The notes beneath the pieces were generated by a model. The model was not told the DNA's origin, ran no database searches, and worked only from the letters and a program-made list of their open reading frames with translations. From contig VRMN01000014.1 of assembly GCA_008690995.1 (NCBI GenBank), positions 186,001 through 250,000 on the forward strand: a stretch of 64,000 bases of DNA, written 5' to 3'. The stretch comes from Porphyridium purpureum (lineage: Eukaryota). Of the stretch, positions 52,000-61,498 are shown piece after piece (position 1 is the first letter of the stretch; the number at the start of each line of letters is the position of its first letter). A program made the position numbers and the translations under genes.

Positions 52000-53814
52000 A
52001 TGGCGTTTGTGTCGTTGACTGTGGGCGTCGCTGATGCTGGTGCACGAGGACGAGGACGAGGAGGAGCAGGTCTGGTGCGTGATGTGGGCTTGTGCGATGG
52101 CGGCAGAGTGGGTCGTGTAATTGCCGTGCGGCGGCGAGAGGCCGTGCAGACGCGGATGTGCACTGAAGGTGCCACAATCGCAGAGGAAATTCCGGCGGCT
52201 GTTGAGGAGCTGCGGGGGAGTTTGCCTGCTGCACCGCATGAAGCGGTGGATGAGGCTTTCTTCTCGGCGCATTTGAACGGCTTTGGTGCACTTGGCATTG
52301 GACAGCCATTGTGTGATGCGCTCGCGCAGGGCGGCGTCTCGCGTCCGTCTGTCATTCAGGCGCGCGGCATTGTGCCCGCGCTCGCGGGCGCCTCGGTCAT
52401 AATTGGTGCCGCAACGGGCTCGGGCAAGACGCTCGCGTACCTGTTGCCCATCATTCAGCGCATCAAAAACAGTGAAGCCCTGCAAGTCCTCCCGAATGAC
52501 GGCATGGACGCAGAAGACGACTTGGACTCCTTCATGGACGGCTCTGCCGAGCCGGCCACTCGCGCGCGTGCACAGCGCGCACCTCGCCGACCGCGCGCGA
52601 TCATCATGCTGCCTACGCGCGAGCTCGGCCAGCAGGTGTTCGAGGTGGCCAAGCAACTCAGCCATTTTGAAAAGTGTCGCGTGGTCTCGCTCCTCGGCGG
52701 CGCATCAGGCCTTAAGGCTCAGACAGACGCGCTCGCGCGAGCTCCTGTAGACATAGTCGTGACGACGTCGGGTCGGCTGCTCCAGCACCTGGAGAAAAAC
52801 ACCATCGACTTGGTTGAAACAGAGGTGATTGTGCTTGACGAGGTGGACACTATGTTTGACGAGGGCTTTGGACCGGAACTGGAGCGTGTGTTTGGTCGCC
52901 TGCGCAGGCGACTCCGCTCTGGTACGCAAGCAAAGGAGATGAGCACGGATGTCCAGTTCATTGCGGTGGGCGCCACACACCCAAAGGCCGCGGAGGAGCT
53001 TTATCAGGTTCACTTTCCGAACGCGAAGCGCATCAACGTTGACCTCCACCGGACGCCCAAGGGCCTCACGCAGCGCTTCATCAATGTGAAGCCGAACGAG
53101 AAGACCGCCGAGCTGCTGTCATTCTTGGGTAACTCGGCGTCGAAAGCCGCGCTTCGGGGTGGACGCATGATCATGTTTACCAACAGCATTGAAAGCTGTC
53201 GCTTCGTCGACCATTTCCTGAGCGAGCACGGTTTCTCTACGTCGTGCATGCACGGAAAAATCCCCGCAGAAACGCGTGCCGCCAACTTTCAACAGTTCAA
53301 GAGTGGCGTAACACAGATTCTGGTCTGCACGGACATCGCAGCGAGAGGGCTGGACAATCTTGCGGTCGATCACGTGGTCATGTTTGACTTTCCGACTACG
53401 GCTGTGGATTACATTCACCGCGCCGGGCGCACAGCCAGGGCTGGGCGCGCAGGGCTCGTGACGTCGTTGGTGACGAAGAAGGATGAGAGGCTGGCCAAGG
53501 TTCTGGAGCTGAACTCGCGCGTCCGGGAAGACGCGTTGGAAAAGGAGCTCGAAAAGCGAAACGAGTGGATACGCGCTAAACAGGCGTCCGAGGTGGCGCT
53601 CAAGAAGCAGCTAAAGTCGACTCCGGAAACCTCGGCATCGACGGTGGTGGCAACAGAGAACAGCAGAAATCCGCGCTCTGCCGGGCGACCCCAGAGGGCG
53701 GCGGTTCCGGGCAGAAGCACAGGCAGTGCGCGTTTCAACAAGGCACGCGGCACCAGTAAGAGTGGAGGTGCCTCGTCTCGTTTCGGCGGTAATCGAGGAG
53801 GCCGCAGCAGGTAG
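52000..53814 (+). CDS. DEAD-box RNA helicase, probably plastid-targeted (RH39/RH50-like)
   Basis: ATGSGKT, PTREL, DEVD, ARGLD, HRAGRTAR; N-terminus MAFVSL... resembles a red-algal transit peptide; Arg/Gly-rich tail. Confidence 0.92.
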   Translation: MAFVSLTVGVADAGARGRGRGGAGLVRDVGLCDGGRVGRVIAVRRREAVQTRMCTEGATIAEEIPAAVEELRGSLPAAPHEAVDEAFFSAHLNGFGALGIGQPLCDALAQGGVSRPSVIQARGIVPALAGASVIIGAATGSGKTLAYLLPIIQRIKNSEALQVLPNDGMDAEDDLDSFMDGSAEPATRARAQRAPRRPRAIIMLPTRELGQQVFEVAKQLSHFEKCRVVSLLGGASGLKAQTDALARAPVDIVVTTSGRLLQHLEKNTIDLVETEVIVLDEVDTMFDEGFGPELERVFGRLRRRLRSGTQAKEMSTDVQFIAVGATHPKAAEELYQVHFPNAKRINVDLHRTPKGLTQRFINVKPNEKTAELLSFLGNSASKAALRGGRMIMFTNSIESCRFVDHFLSEHGFSTSCMHGKIPAETRAANFQQFKSGVTQILVCTDIAARGLDNLAVDHVVMFDFPTTAVDYIHRAGRTARAGRAGLVTSLVTKKDERLAKVLELNSRVREDALEKELEKRNEWIRAKQASEVALKKQLKSTPETSASTVVATENSRNPRSAGRPQRAAVPGRSTGSARFNKARGTSKSGGASSRFGGNRGGRSR

Positions 53815-54013
53815 AGCCATGATTTCGTTTCTAGTCGGCGGTTCTTCTGCATGCGTATATGTTGATTTCCATTCCCCTGAGAGTAGGCGAAATAAAGGAG
53901 GAATGTGCGCGTCCATGTTCGAGACTGGCCACGCAGTTTCATGACAAGTGGAGGTACTACTCTTTATGTCACAAACACAAACATGTGGATAACACACATC
54001 CCCACGCAACACC

Positions 54014-54883
54014 TTATCGCTCCATCACTGTGGTGAGGACAAAGCAGCTCTGATAGTCCACCTGCTTCTTATCGCTGCGCACCATTGCGCGGACGATGGA
54101 CACGTTGGACGATGAATGCGCGATACGGTAACCGATGTCCACGTGCTTTTGCAGGAGATGGCTGACAGCAACGCGGAACGCGCTGTGCAGACTTTCGAGC
54201 TCAAAAGATGAAAACCAGCCTTCAGATTCGATCGAGCTCTGCTTGCCATTGATCACATAGTAACCCGCAATGGGCTTGTCGTTAGCCATAATCACAACAC
54301 GTTCGAACACAAGTACCACGTACCTGGAGTACCGCGTCTGCTCGGCGGGCGAAGCTGTCACGGTGAGGCTCTGGCCGTGTGTTTCAACGGACGGCGGTAG
54401 TGGTTGCGCGGTTCCTTCCATGGATCCACCGACCTGCGGAGCGACAGGAGCAAGCGCTTGTACATCCATAGAGCGTGGAGCATTGGAGCTCTCGCCGGCC
54501 TTACTGCTCAGCAGCAGCGTTTCTAACTCGGGTAGCCTAAAGTACCGTGCTTCCGCCAGCAGCCGCTTTCGCGTGCGTTCGTCCTGTGGCGGCACAAACT
54601 CAGTGGCGGGCGCCTCTGTGCGGAGAAACTCGAGCACAAGCTTGAAAACATCTGGGTCACGGTCAAAGAACCACGTTTTTCTCCTCCCGCGCCTGCGCAC
54701 CAGCTCGGAATCTGGCGCTTCGGCGGACGACATGTGATCTGTCATGGGCCCGGCGTCCATCTCCACCTCCGCGTTCCAATCGCACTGCGCCAGCCGCGAG
54801 CTCTCATAGCGACACAGGCTCTTGGTGGAGCTCACGAACTCCACGCCGCCCACGTTCACGCGCACCGCGTCCTGCATGTCCAT
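54014..54883 (-). CDS. BTB/POZ (KCTD/T1-type) domain protein
   Basis: VRVNVGGVEF, FFDRDPDVFKLVLEFLR, LLAEARYFRL. Confidence 0.9.
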   Translation of the reverse strand: MDMQDAVRVNVGGVEFVSSTKSLCRYESSRLAQCDWNAEVEMDAGPMTDHMSSAEAPDSELVRRRGRRKTWFFDRDPDVFKLVLEFLRTEAPATEFVPPQDERTRKRLLAEARYFRLPELETLLLSSKAGESSNAPRSMDVQALAPVAPQVGGSMEGTAQPLPPSVETHGQSLTVTASPAEQTRYSRYVVLVFERVVIMANDKPIAGYYVINGKQSSIESEGWFSSFELESLHSAFRVAVSHLLQKHVDIGYRIAHSSSNVSIVRAMVRSDKKQVDYQSCFVLTTVMER

Positions 54884-55027
54884 CCTGGATTGTCTCGCCT
54901 GGCGCTAGCCGCACACGCTTTGCCGTCTTTGCACACGAGCAGCAGAAACGCGCTTCGACAAGGCGCGACGCATCGAACGGACACGCGGACGAGCTGTGTT
55001 GTGCTGCACAGACAGACGGCGGCGACA

Positions 55028-56041
55028 ATGTGGCGGCGCGCGCGCTCGAGCTTGCTTTCGCGAGGCAGCAACGCCTTGAGGGCTCGGTTCGTGCACGCGG
55101 ATGGCGCGCGCACAAGGTCTGCGGTGGATTCGGATGCCGCACGGGCAGCAAGTGTGCGGTCGGGCCCGTCTGCAACGTCGAGTCCAGCCCCGCAGGCGCA
55201 AAAGTCTGGCGCAGGCGCAGGCACTGCGCAGCAAAAGACCAGCCAGACCGAGCAGAGGCTGTCGGACATCGCACTCGAAGCGCGCAGCCTGGCCAAGGAG
55301 GTCGAAGTTGAGGCGCATTCTCGTGCGGCAGCCGTGTCGCAGGGGCAACATGGGTTTGAAGGCGGCAGTGGTTCAGGTGTAGGCGGGCCAAGTGTCGGTG
55401 TCGGTTCCGCTTTCGGCGCAGGAGCAGGTTCGAGCTCCGGCCCGCTTGCCGCCAATACACCCGGAGCGTCGATGGGCGTTTCTCACGGGCTGAGTCCAAC
55501 ACTTGGTGGCAGCTTCCCTTTTGATACGTACAGAGTGGTGACGCGCTTGCGCCAGGCCGGTTTTTCAGAGCAGCAGGCTGACACAGTATCAGGCATCCTG
55601 GTCGCGCTCGCACGGGACTGCCTGCGCGCTAATTCGGACACATTGGCCACAAAGTCGGACTTTGCGCACTTGCGCTCTGAGTTACAAATCCTTGAGAAGG
55701 CCGACTTTTCCGTGCTCAAGTCTGACCTCCATTTAGCAGAGCGTAAGCAAGCCGAGTCCATCGCAAACGTCTACACTGAAATGGAGCGAATCGAAAACCG
55801 CGTCATCAAGTGGGTGATCGGTGCCACTGGCACGGCCATCGCGCTCGTGCTGGGTTTCATCCGCTTGCTGGCACCGCCTTCGAGCAGCACGCCTCCGCAA
55901 CATGAAAAGCAACAACAACGACGGCGGCAGCAGCAGCAGCAGCAAAATTCATCGCACCACGCGATAGGCGGCGAGTCAGCTGCCAACCATAATAACTCCA
56001 AGAATCCGTCAACCGAAAGCCTTGCTGGGGATCCTATTTGA
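55028..56041 (+). CDS. DUF1640 (CCDC90/MCUR1/FMP32-like) mitochondrial coiled-coil protein
   Basis: Arg/Ser-rich presequence MWRRARSSLL; FDTYRVVTRLRQAGFSEQQA; ATKSD; IKWVIG followed by a TM segment. Confidence 0.88.
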   Translation: MWRRARSSLLSRGSNALRARFVHADGARTRSAVDSDAARAASVRSGPSATSSPAPQAQKSGAGAGTAQQKTSQTEQRLSDIALEARSLAKEVEVEAHSRAAAVSQGQHGFEGGSGSGVGGPSVGVGSAFGAGAGSSSGPLAANTPGASMGVSHGLSPTLGGSFPFDTYRVVTRLRQAGFSEQQADTVSGILVALARDCLRANSDTLATKSDFAHLRSELQILEKADFSVLKSDLHLAERKQAESIANVYTEMERIENRVIKWVIGATGTAIALVLGFIRLLAPPSSSTPPQHEKQQQRRRQQQQQQNSSHHAIGGESAANHNNSKNPSTESLAGDPI

Positions 56042-56235
56042 GTGCAGCCGAACCAAAGCAGCTCAGCTTGACCATGGCACGACCAAGCTGGACAAGAGAA
56101 GCTTGCGAGTGCGAAAAGGAGAGTTGCACGCTTGTGGCAGCAGTGGTCGCTGCTTTATGTGCTGTTGATCAGAATAACCACCTACAGAAAGACAGCCGTG
56201 TCTTTCTTTCTGCGCGTGTGTCGCTTTCTGTTCCT

Positions 56236-59200
56236 TTACTTACGACCTGACAGAAACGGGTGCTCAAGCAGCTTTTGGACATCCGGGCGCAAGCTTTGGT
56301 TCCGTGTCAGACAGTCCGAGATGAAGGCGCGCGCGTCTGCGCTCACGGCAGGCTTTGAGGGGAACAGCACCTCGGCGTGCAATACCGACGGGTCACGGTA
56401 GATGCGCTCCTGGGAAAGCTCGTTGGCAAATGGCTTCTTGCCAAAGAGCATTTGATATAAAATGACGCCCACGGACCAAACATCCACTTTGCTACTGATC
56501 CGCGCCGGCTGCGCGCCACGCTCAAAGCACTCTGGCGGCAAGTACCAGTATGTGCCGCATCCTTGCGAGGTGAGCTCCATGCCGTCATGCGTATTGTCAT
56601 CCTCGTTCATGATCTTGCTCAGCCCAAAGTCGGTTATGCGCGCCTGACCCTGTGAGATGAGAATGTTACCCGGTTTCAGGTCGTAGTGGATAATGCGCTT
56701 CTTCTGCTGGTTCAAATAGGCCAGTCCCATGCAGATCTGCGACACGATGGAACGAGCCTCTTTTTCGGAAAGCATCTTGTTGACTTGCAAGTGCAGTTCG
56801 AGGTCCGTGCCGGCGCAAAATTCGAGCACCGTGCAGAACGAGTCCGAATCGATCTCAAAAACATCCAGCAATCGGATGACGCGCGGATGCACCAGCGACT
56901 TGTGAATGTTGTACTCGCGTGTGGCGTGACGAAGATAGTTTTGCTTCTTCTCCTCGCGCCAGTACGAGTGAAGTTGATGGATCTTGCAGGCAACCCACGT
57001 TAGCGTCACCAGGTCAAATGCCTTGAACACCTCACTGAAGCCACCACGCCCAAGCATCTTCGTGAGAAGGTACCTCTCGTGCAAAACTTTGAAGTCGCTG
57101 AAGCGAGATGCCTTTTCGTCTGTTTGTCGCTTCAATTCGCGAATGAGCAGCGAGCGCTGCATTTCTAATCGATTCTTCTCCTCAATCAGCACACTCTCTT
57201 CGCGCTTGACTTCCGCCAGCTGCAAGCGGATGATTTCTTCCTGCTCGCTGATGAAGACGGGTGACTCAAGCAACGCTTGCAAATCGCCCGCGCTTGCAGC
57301 CACAACGGTGTAGTATGCAGCGCGACTTGGAGGAGGCGGCATCTGCATTTTCGCCTTGTCTGGAACGCCTCCATGCTCGCTTTCAGCAAGAGCACGAACA
57401 GATGCAGTGCGAAACTTTCTCGCAAGGTCTTTGCGCTCGCGCTCGAGCCGCTCGCGCCGTTCTGCAAGCTCGACACTCCGCGTCTGCAAGTCTCGGAAGG
57501 CTGGTCCATCTTCCCACACCTCGTTCAGGGAGGTTCCAGATCGCTGCACCGCCACGCGGCCAAGGCGCTGGCACTGCGCATTCACGTCGCGAGCTGCATG
57601 CTCACGCTCTTGCTTGGCGGCGTGCTTGAGCGAGTCGCGCAGCAAGTCCGTCAATGCACGGGCGCGCTCGTCAGTTTCGGCGTGCTTCTTTGTCAGGACT
57701 TCAAGCTCGGCCTGCGTGTTTTCCATCTGTATCCGAAAAGAGTCAACTTCACGTGCATGCTTTTGTTTTGCCTGTGCGCAATATGAGCTGCTGCATTCCC
57801 TCAGCGGGGGCCCGGCAAGCATTTCTGTCCGTGCTTGCTTGCCAATGAGAGGCGCTGCTGATTTGGGCGCCTCCGAAACCTCCATGTCACCTTCCAAGTC
57901 GATGATTTCAAAGTCAGCAGAAGCAGACGCCAACGGAATTGCGGCGGATGTGGATCCCTCGACATCCACTTCATGACTTTCTGGCAGGTCCCTGGAGGTC
58001 ATGTTGCCAGGTGCAAGCTCAGCCGCTCTCTTGGATTCAGGGCTCGAAATCTTGTCACCCGCGGGCAGACTCGTTGGCTTTGCCTTTTTGGACGGCGTCA
58101 CCTCGTCTGTTTGGTGTTCACCAGAGACGCGTTTCCTTGCGCTATCCTTTTCGGCTGCAGCCAAAGTGCTCCATTTCAATCTTTCGAACAAATCTGTCTG
58201 CCTCTTGCCGCCGCCTGTGCTTGTTCCGGGCACTTCTTCTTGTTGTTCTTGTTGTTGCTGCAGTTGCTGCTGATGCTGCTGCTGTTGCTGTGCGTCGAAT
58301 TCCGCCTTTAACCAGTTGAGGCTCGATGTGCTGGTTGATGAGAAAGATCGCACCGAGTCATTGTGTTGCGAAGAATCCTTGCTGGACGATTCGCGAGCCT
58401 GCTTGGACCCCGGTTGTCGGTCGCGGCCGAAAGCTTCGTGAATCGATGTTTGTTTCAATGAACTCGGCACTAATACTGTTCCCATGTCGCCGACTTTGGT
58501 TGGCGACGTCTTTTTGCGGCTCAGCGCATGAGCCGCAGTCTGTGTTTGAGGCTGTGGCTCTGACGCCACAGGTGCCATGGCCGCAGTGTCGTGCTCAGAT
58601 TCACTGCTCGTCTTGGCGGTCTTGGGGACCTTTGCCTTGGAAAGGCTATTACTCGACCCGCCGCCAGCACTCGATGCCGCCAATGCGCCTTTTGAGACGC
58701 TCTGCTTCCCTCTGGACGACCCTGACGACAGCCTTTGCGCGCGTTGGGGCCGCAGTGGTGCGAGTGGCGCGACACCTGGATCCATGTCGGCCGCGCGATT
58801 TGAGCGCGCGCGCGGGGAAACGGACGCGGATGGAGAAACATGAGCAGCCTTCGTGAGGCGTGCCTGCCTATTTTTGGCGTCCGCCTCGCTTTCATCGTGA
58901 CTATCCTCATCCGCGCCCAGAAATCGCGAGTCCATAAGCGCGGAGCCCGCCCATCCAATCAGCTTTGTGGACGCCGGCGTCCGCGCACCAACCACAACAT
59001 GACCGCTGTCCTCCATGGAGCCAGATCGCGGGCCCGCGGCGCCAAACCTCTCCTTCTCGCGCTGCTCGCAGTCCGCAACGCCCGCCTCTGGCACAACCGC
59101 GGCGACGGCCACAGCGACTGGCGCGCCAAACCTCAACTCGAAGCGGCGCTTGCGCTCTACAGGCAATTCCGCGGCCGCCGCGCTCACCTGCCGAGGCTGC

Positions 59201-59247
59201 AGCACCGTGCCCTCGCTCTCGCCGTCGTCGAGCCGACGCGCGTCCAT
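56236..59247 (-). CDS. TLK: Tousled-like serine/threonine kinase
   Basis: EVWEDG coiled-coil region, GRGGFSEV, VACKIHQL, HATREYNIHK, IHYDLKPGN, DFG, GTYWYLPPE, ISSKVDVWS. Confidence 0.95.
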   Translation of the reverse strand: MDARRLDDGESEGTVLQPRQVSAAAAELPVERKRRFELRFGAPVAVAVAAVVPEAGVADCEQREKERFGAAGPRSGSMEDSGHVVVGARTPASTKLIGWAGSALMDSRFLGADEDSHDESEADAKNRQARLTKAAHVSPSASVSPRARSNRAADMDPGVAPLAPLRPQRAQRLSSGSSRGKQSVSKGALAASSAGGGSSNSLSKAKVPKTAKTSSESEHDTAAMAPVASEPQPQTQTAAHALSRKKTSPTKVGDMGTVLVPSSLKQTSIHEAFGRDRQPGSKQARESSSKDSSQHNDSVRSFSSTSTSSLNWLKAEFDAQQQQQHQQQLQQQQEQQEEVPGTSTGGGKRQTDLFERLKWSTLAAAEKDSARKRVSGEHQTDEVTPSKKAKPTSLPAGDKISSPESKRAAELAPGNMTSRDLPESHEVDVEGSTSAAIPLASASADFEIIDLEGDMEVSEAPKSAAPLIGKQARTEMLAGPPLRECSSSYCAQAKQKHAREVDSFRIQMENTQAELEVLTKKHAETDERARALTDLLRDSLKHAAKQEREHAARDVNAQCQRLGRVAVQRSGTSLNEVWEDGPAFRDLQTRSVELAERRERLERERKDLARKFRTASVRALAESEHGGVPDKAKMQMPPPPSRAAYYTVVAASAGDLQALLESPVFISEQEEIIRLQLAEVKREESVLIEEKNRLEMQRSLLIRELKRQTDEKASRFSDFKVLHERYLLTKMLGRGGFSEVFKAFDLVTLTWVACKIHQLHSYWREEKKQNYLRHATREYNIHKSLVHPRVIRLLDVFEIDSDSFCTVLEFCAGTDLELHLQVNKMLSEKEARSIVSQICMGLAYLNQQKKRIIHYDLKPGNILISQGQARITDFGLSKIMNEDDNTHDGMELTSQGCGTYWYLPPECFERGAQPARISSKVDVWSVGVILYQMLFGKKPFANELSQERIYRDPSVLHAEVLFPSKPAVSADARAFISDCLTRNQSLRPDVQKLLEHPFLSGRK

Positions 59248-59269
59248 CCTGCCTTACGCTCTCCACCTC

Positions 59270-59328
59270 CACACACACACACACACACAAGCGCTCACAG
59301 ACATCTCGCTCCCTCTCTCTCTCTCTCT
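59270..59328. repeat. (CA)n and (CT)n microsatellites upstream of TLK
   Basis: Directly visible in the sequence. Confidence 0.85.
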
Positions 59329-59607
59329 CGCGCGCTCCGCTCCAATTCCGCGCTTTCGTGCCAAAAACCAAAAAACCCGAAAAAACATTCCGGTTTATCG
59401 ACTAAATATTTAAACCGCATTCTTTTGACATCAATTGATTTTCAGGATGAAACATTTGTCATCTTTGGATAATTTATAGATGATAAAACAATGCGACATG
59501 TTTTAAAGATGACAATATGGCATCTTTAAGATTAAAGGATGACTAAAGTATCATCATTGAGGCAAGGGATTGCGCAGACAGCGTGCGAGGTTGCGGCACG
59601 GTGGTGA

Positions 59608-59665
59608 GAAGCAGAAGCAGAAGCAGAAGCAGAAGCAGAAGCAGAAGCAGAAGCAGAAGCAGAAG
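59608..59665. repeat. (GCAGAA)n hexanucleotide microsatellite, ~9 copies
   Basis: Directly visible in the sequence. Confidence 0.95.
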
Positions 59666-59729
59666 AGTTGCGCTGGGGTAGAGCGGCATGCGTATTGCGT
59701 TCCGCCGTGGTTTATAGATTGGTCAGTTG

Positions 59730-61424
59730 TTAATTGTGAGTGGGGTTGTCCGAGCAATGATGTTTTGGTCGCTTTGGATCGTCGCGGTCAGAGTAGGTAA
59801 ACAGCTCTTCCTGGCTGTGATGTTCGTGGCTGGCGTGAGGGAGTGTGGAGCCGGCCGCCAAGATCTTGCTGCGCGGATGGACGGCAGCGGTTGTTTGAAT
59901 GGTTCTTTCGTCGACAGAGCTGAGGGTGTGAGCAATCTGGCTCTGAAAAAATGCTGCACTCGGCTGGCGCTCGTCACGAGGTGAGCGAGCCGTTTTGTCG
60001 CCTTCTTCGCTATGGCGTTCTTCTCCCATGTCGATTTCAGCATCGATGTCATTCTCGTCATATTCATCCCAGCATGTGGCAAACGTTCCTTCACCGTTTG
60101 ACGCCACATTGGTAACGAAACCATCCGCTTCATCCACTGCACCAAAAGCGCCAATCATGTCTTCATTTTCATGCTCCGCATCTATACCAGAGCATTCAAA
60201 CGTCGTGTCCTCATCCGCATCGGGCACCACGCGCAGCCCTCCAGCCTCGATCACAAACATGCACGCGCGCTCGGCGCGCTCTGAAAAACAGGTCTTTTGG
60301 AGCTGTATTGTGCGAGTACTTGTACTCCGCACGCGGTGCAGAACAATGCGAATATCGACAAAATGCGCCCATGAAGCGCCAAGTGCCGGAACCATGCTGC
60401 CGCGTCGCAAAATGGCGGATCGCCGCGCGTGTATCTCGTTTCTCAATTTTGATCCTGCGCCGTCGTTGCGCTCGCTGAACCCGCCAAGTTCTGTCGGAAC
60501 GTGGACGACCTGATTCACAACCACGAGCACGGCGCGCGCATGCATGGCGCACTGCTTTAGAGCGTGAGCGACCGCTGCACGAAGCTCCCATCTCTCGCGT
60601 TCGTGACGCTTGCTTGTCGTACGGTCAGCGCCCGCGGGCGCCGACGTCTCCGGCCGCCAGTCAACGAACAGGGACGCAATATCGTCAACAAGAATAACGC
60701 GCACGTTCATGGCGCGGAGTTGCTGCCAGTAGGACGGCCGCGATATCTTGTCGATGAGCTCGTGCACGTGCGCTACGACCTCGACCCACACAGTGCGTGG
60801 ATCAACGCTCACGTCGGGCGTCGAACAAGCGGCTAATTGAGCAAGCCGAGCGCTCGGAAAACTCTTGCGCGAATACAAGATCAGCGCCATTCCCTTTGAC
60901 GCGCTCGCAGAGGCTGAATGAAGCGCCAAACACATGCCTAGCTGCGTCTTCCCCGCGCCTGCCTCACCGCACACCTCTACGAGCGAGCCGTGCGTCCAGT
61001 GCCAGCTCTCCAGCTGCAGGTACGCATCCAGCTCTGCACTACCTGTGCCCAACACGCAAGGATGAACAGCGATCGTGTCATGATGATCCGACACCCCAAA
61101 TTGGGCCAGCCACTCGTCCATCTTCCATCTAAATGGAGTCTGATGCTCATACACTGCGTTCGCGAGGTGTTGCTGCACGCATTCCGCGTCACGCTGAGAG
61201 ACCAGTCCGACATCGGGACTGGCGCTCTGGCCAATCAGCTGCGTCACTGCCGCGCGACTCTCGAGCGCAGACCGCATGAGCAGATCCACACATTTCTCTT
61301 TGCTCAATTGGCGTGACGGTGGTTGCGGCGCCTCCATGCGCGAGAGAATGGCGAGCGCCATAGCGCGTGAGTCCGCAGGCGCAGCAGCAGCAGCGCGCGC
61401 GCGCGCCGCCGGCAGCTCCATCAC
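59730..61424 (-). CDS. RAD51 paralogue (XRCC3/RAD51B/C-like) with acidic C-terminal tail
   Basis: GSLVEVCGEAGAGKTQL Walker A, VILVDDIASLF Walker B, VVVNQV, PALGASWAH. Confidence 0.85.
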   Translation of the reverse strand: MMELPAARARAAAAAPADSRAMALAILSRMEAPQPPSRQLSKEKCVDLLMRSALESRAAVTQLIGQSASPDVGLVSQRDAECVQQHLANAVYEHQTPFRWKMDEWLAQFGVSDHHDTIAVHPCVLGTGSAELDAYLQLESWHWTHGSLVEVCGEAGAGKTQLGMCLALHSASASASKGMALILYSRKSFPSARLAQLAACSTPDVSVDPRTVWVEVVAHVHELIDKISRPSYWQQLRAMNVRVILVDDIASLFVDWRPETSAPAGADRTTSKRHERERWELRAAVAHALKQCAMHARAVLVVVNQVVHVPTELGGFSERNDGAGSKLRNEIHARRSAILRRGSMVPALGASWAHFVDIRIVLHRVRSTSTRTIQLQKTCFSERAERACMFVIEAGGLRVVPDADEDTTFECSGIDAEHENEDMIGAFGAVDEADGFVTNVASNGEGTFATCWDEYDENDIDAEIDMGEERHSEEGDKTARSPRDERQPSAAFFQSQIAHTLSSVDERTIQTTAAVHPRSKILAAGSTLPHASHEHHSQEELFTYSDRDDPKRPKHHCSDNPTHN

Positions 61425-61498
61425 GCGCGCGGTCGAGAACGCACAAGAACGTGCGATGCGAGCAGGTCAAGTCATCCGCGCCTATACTTAATTAATGC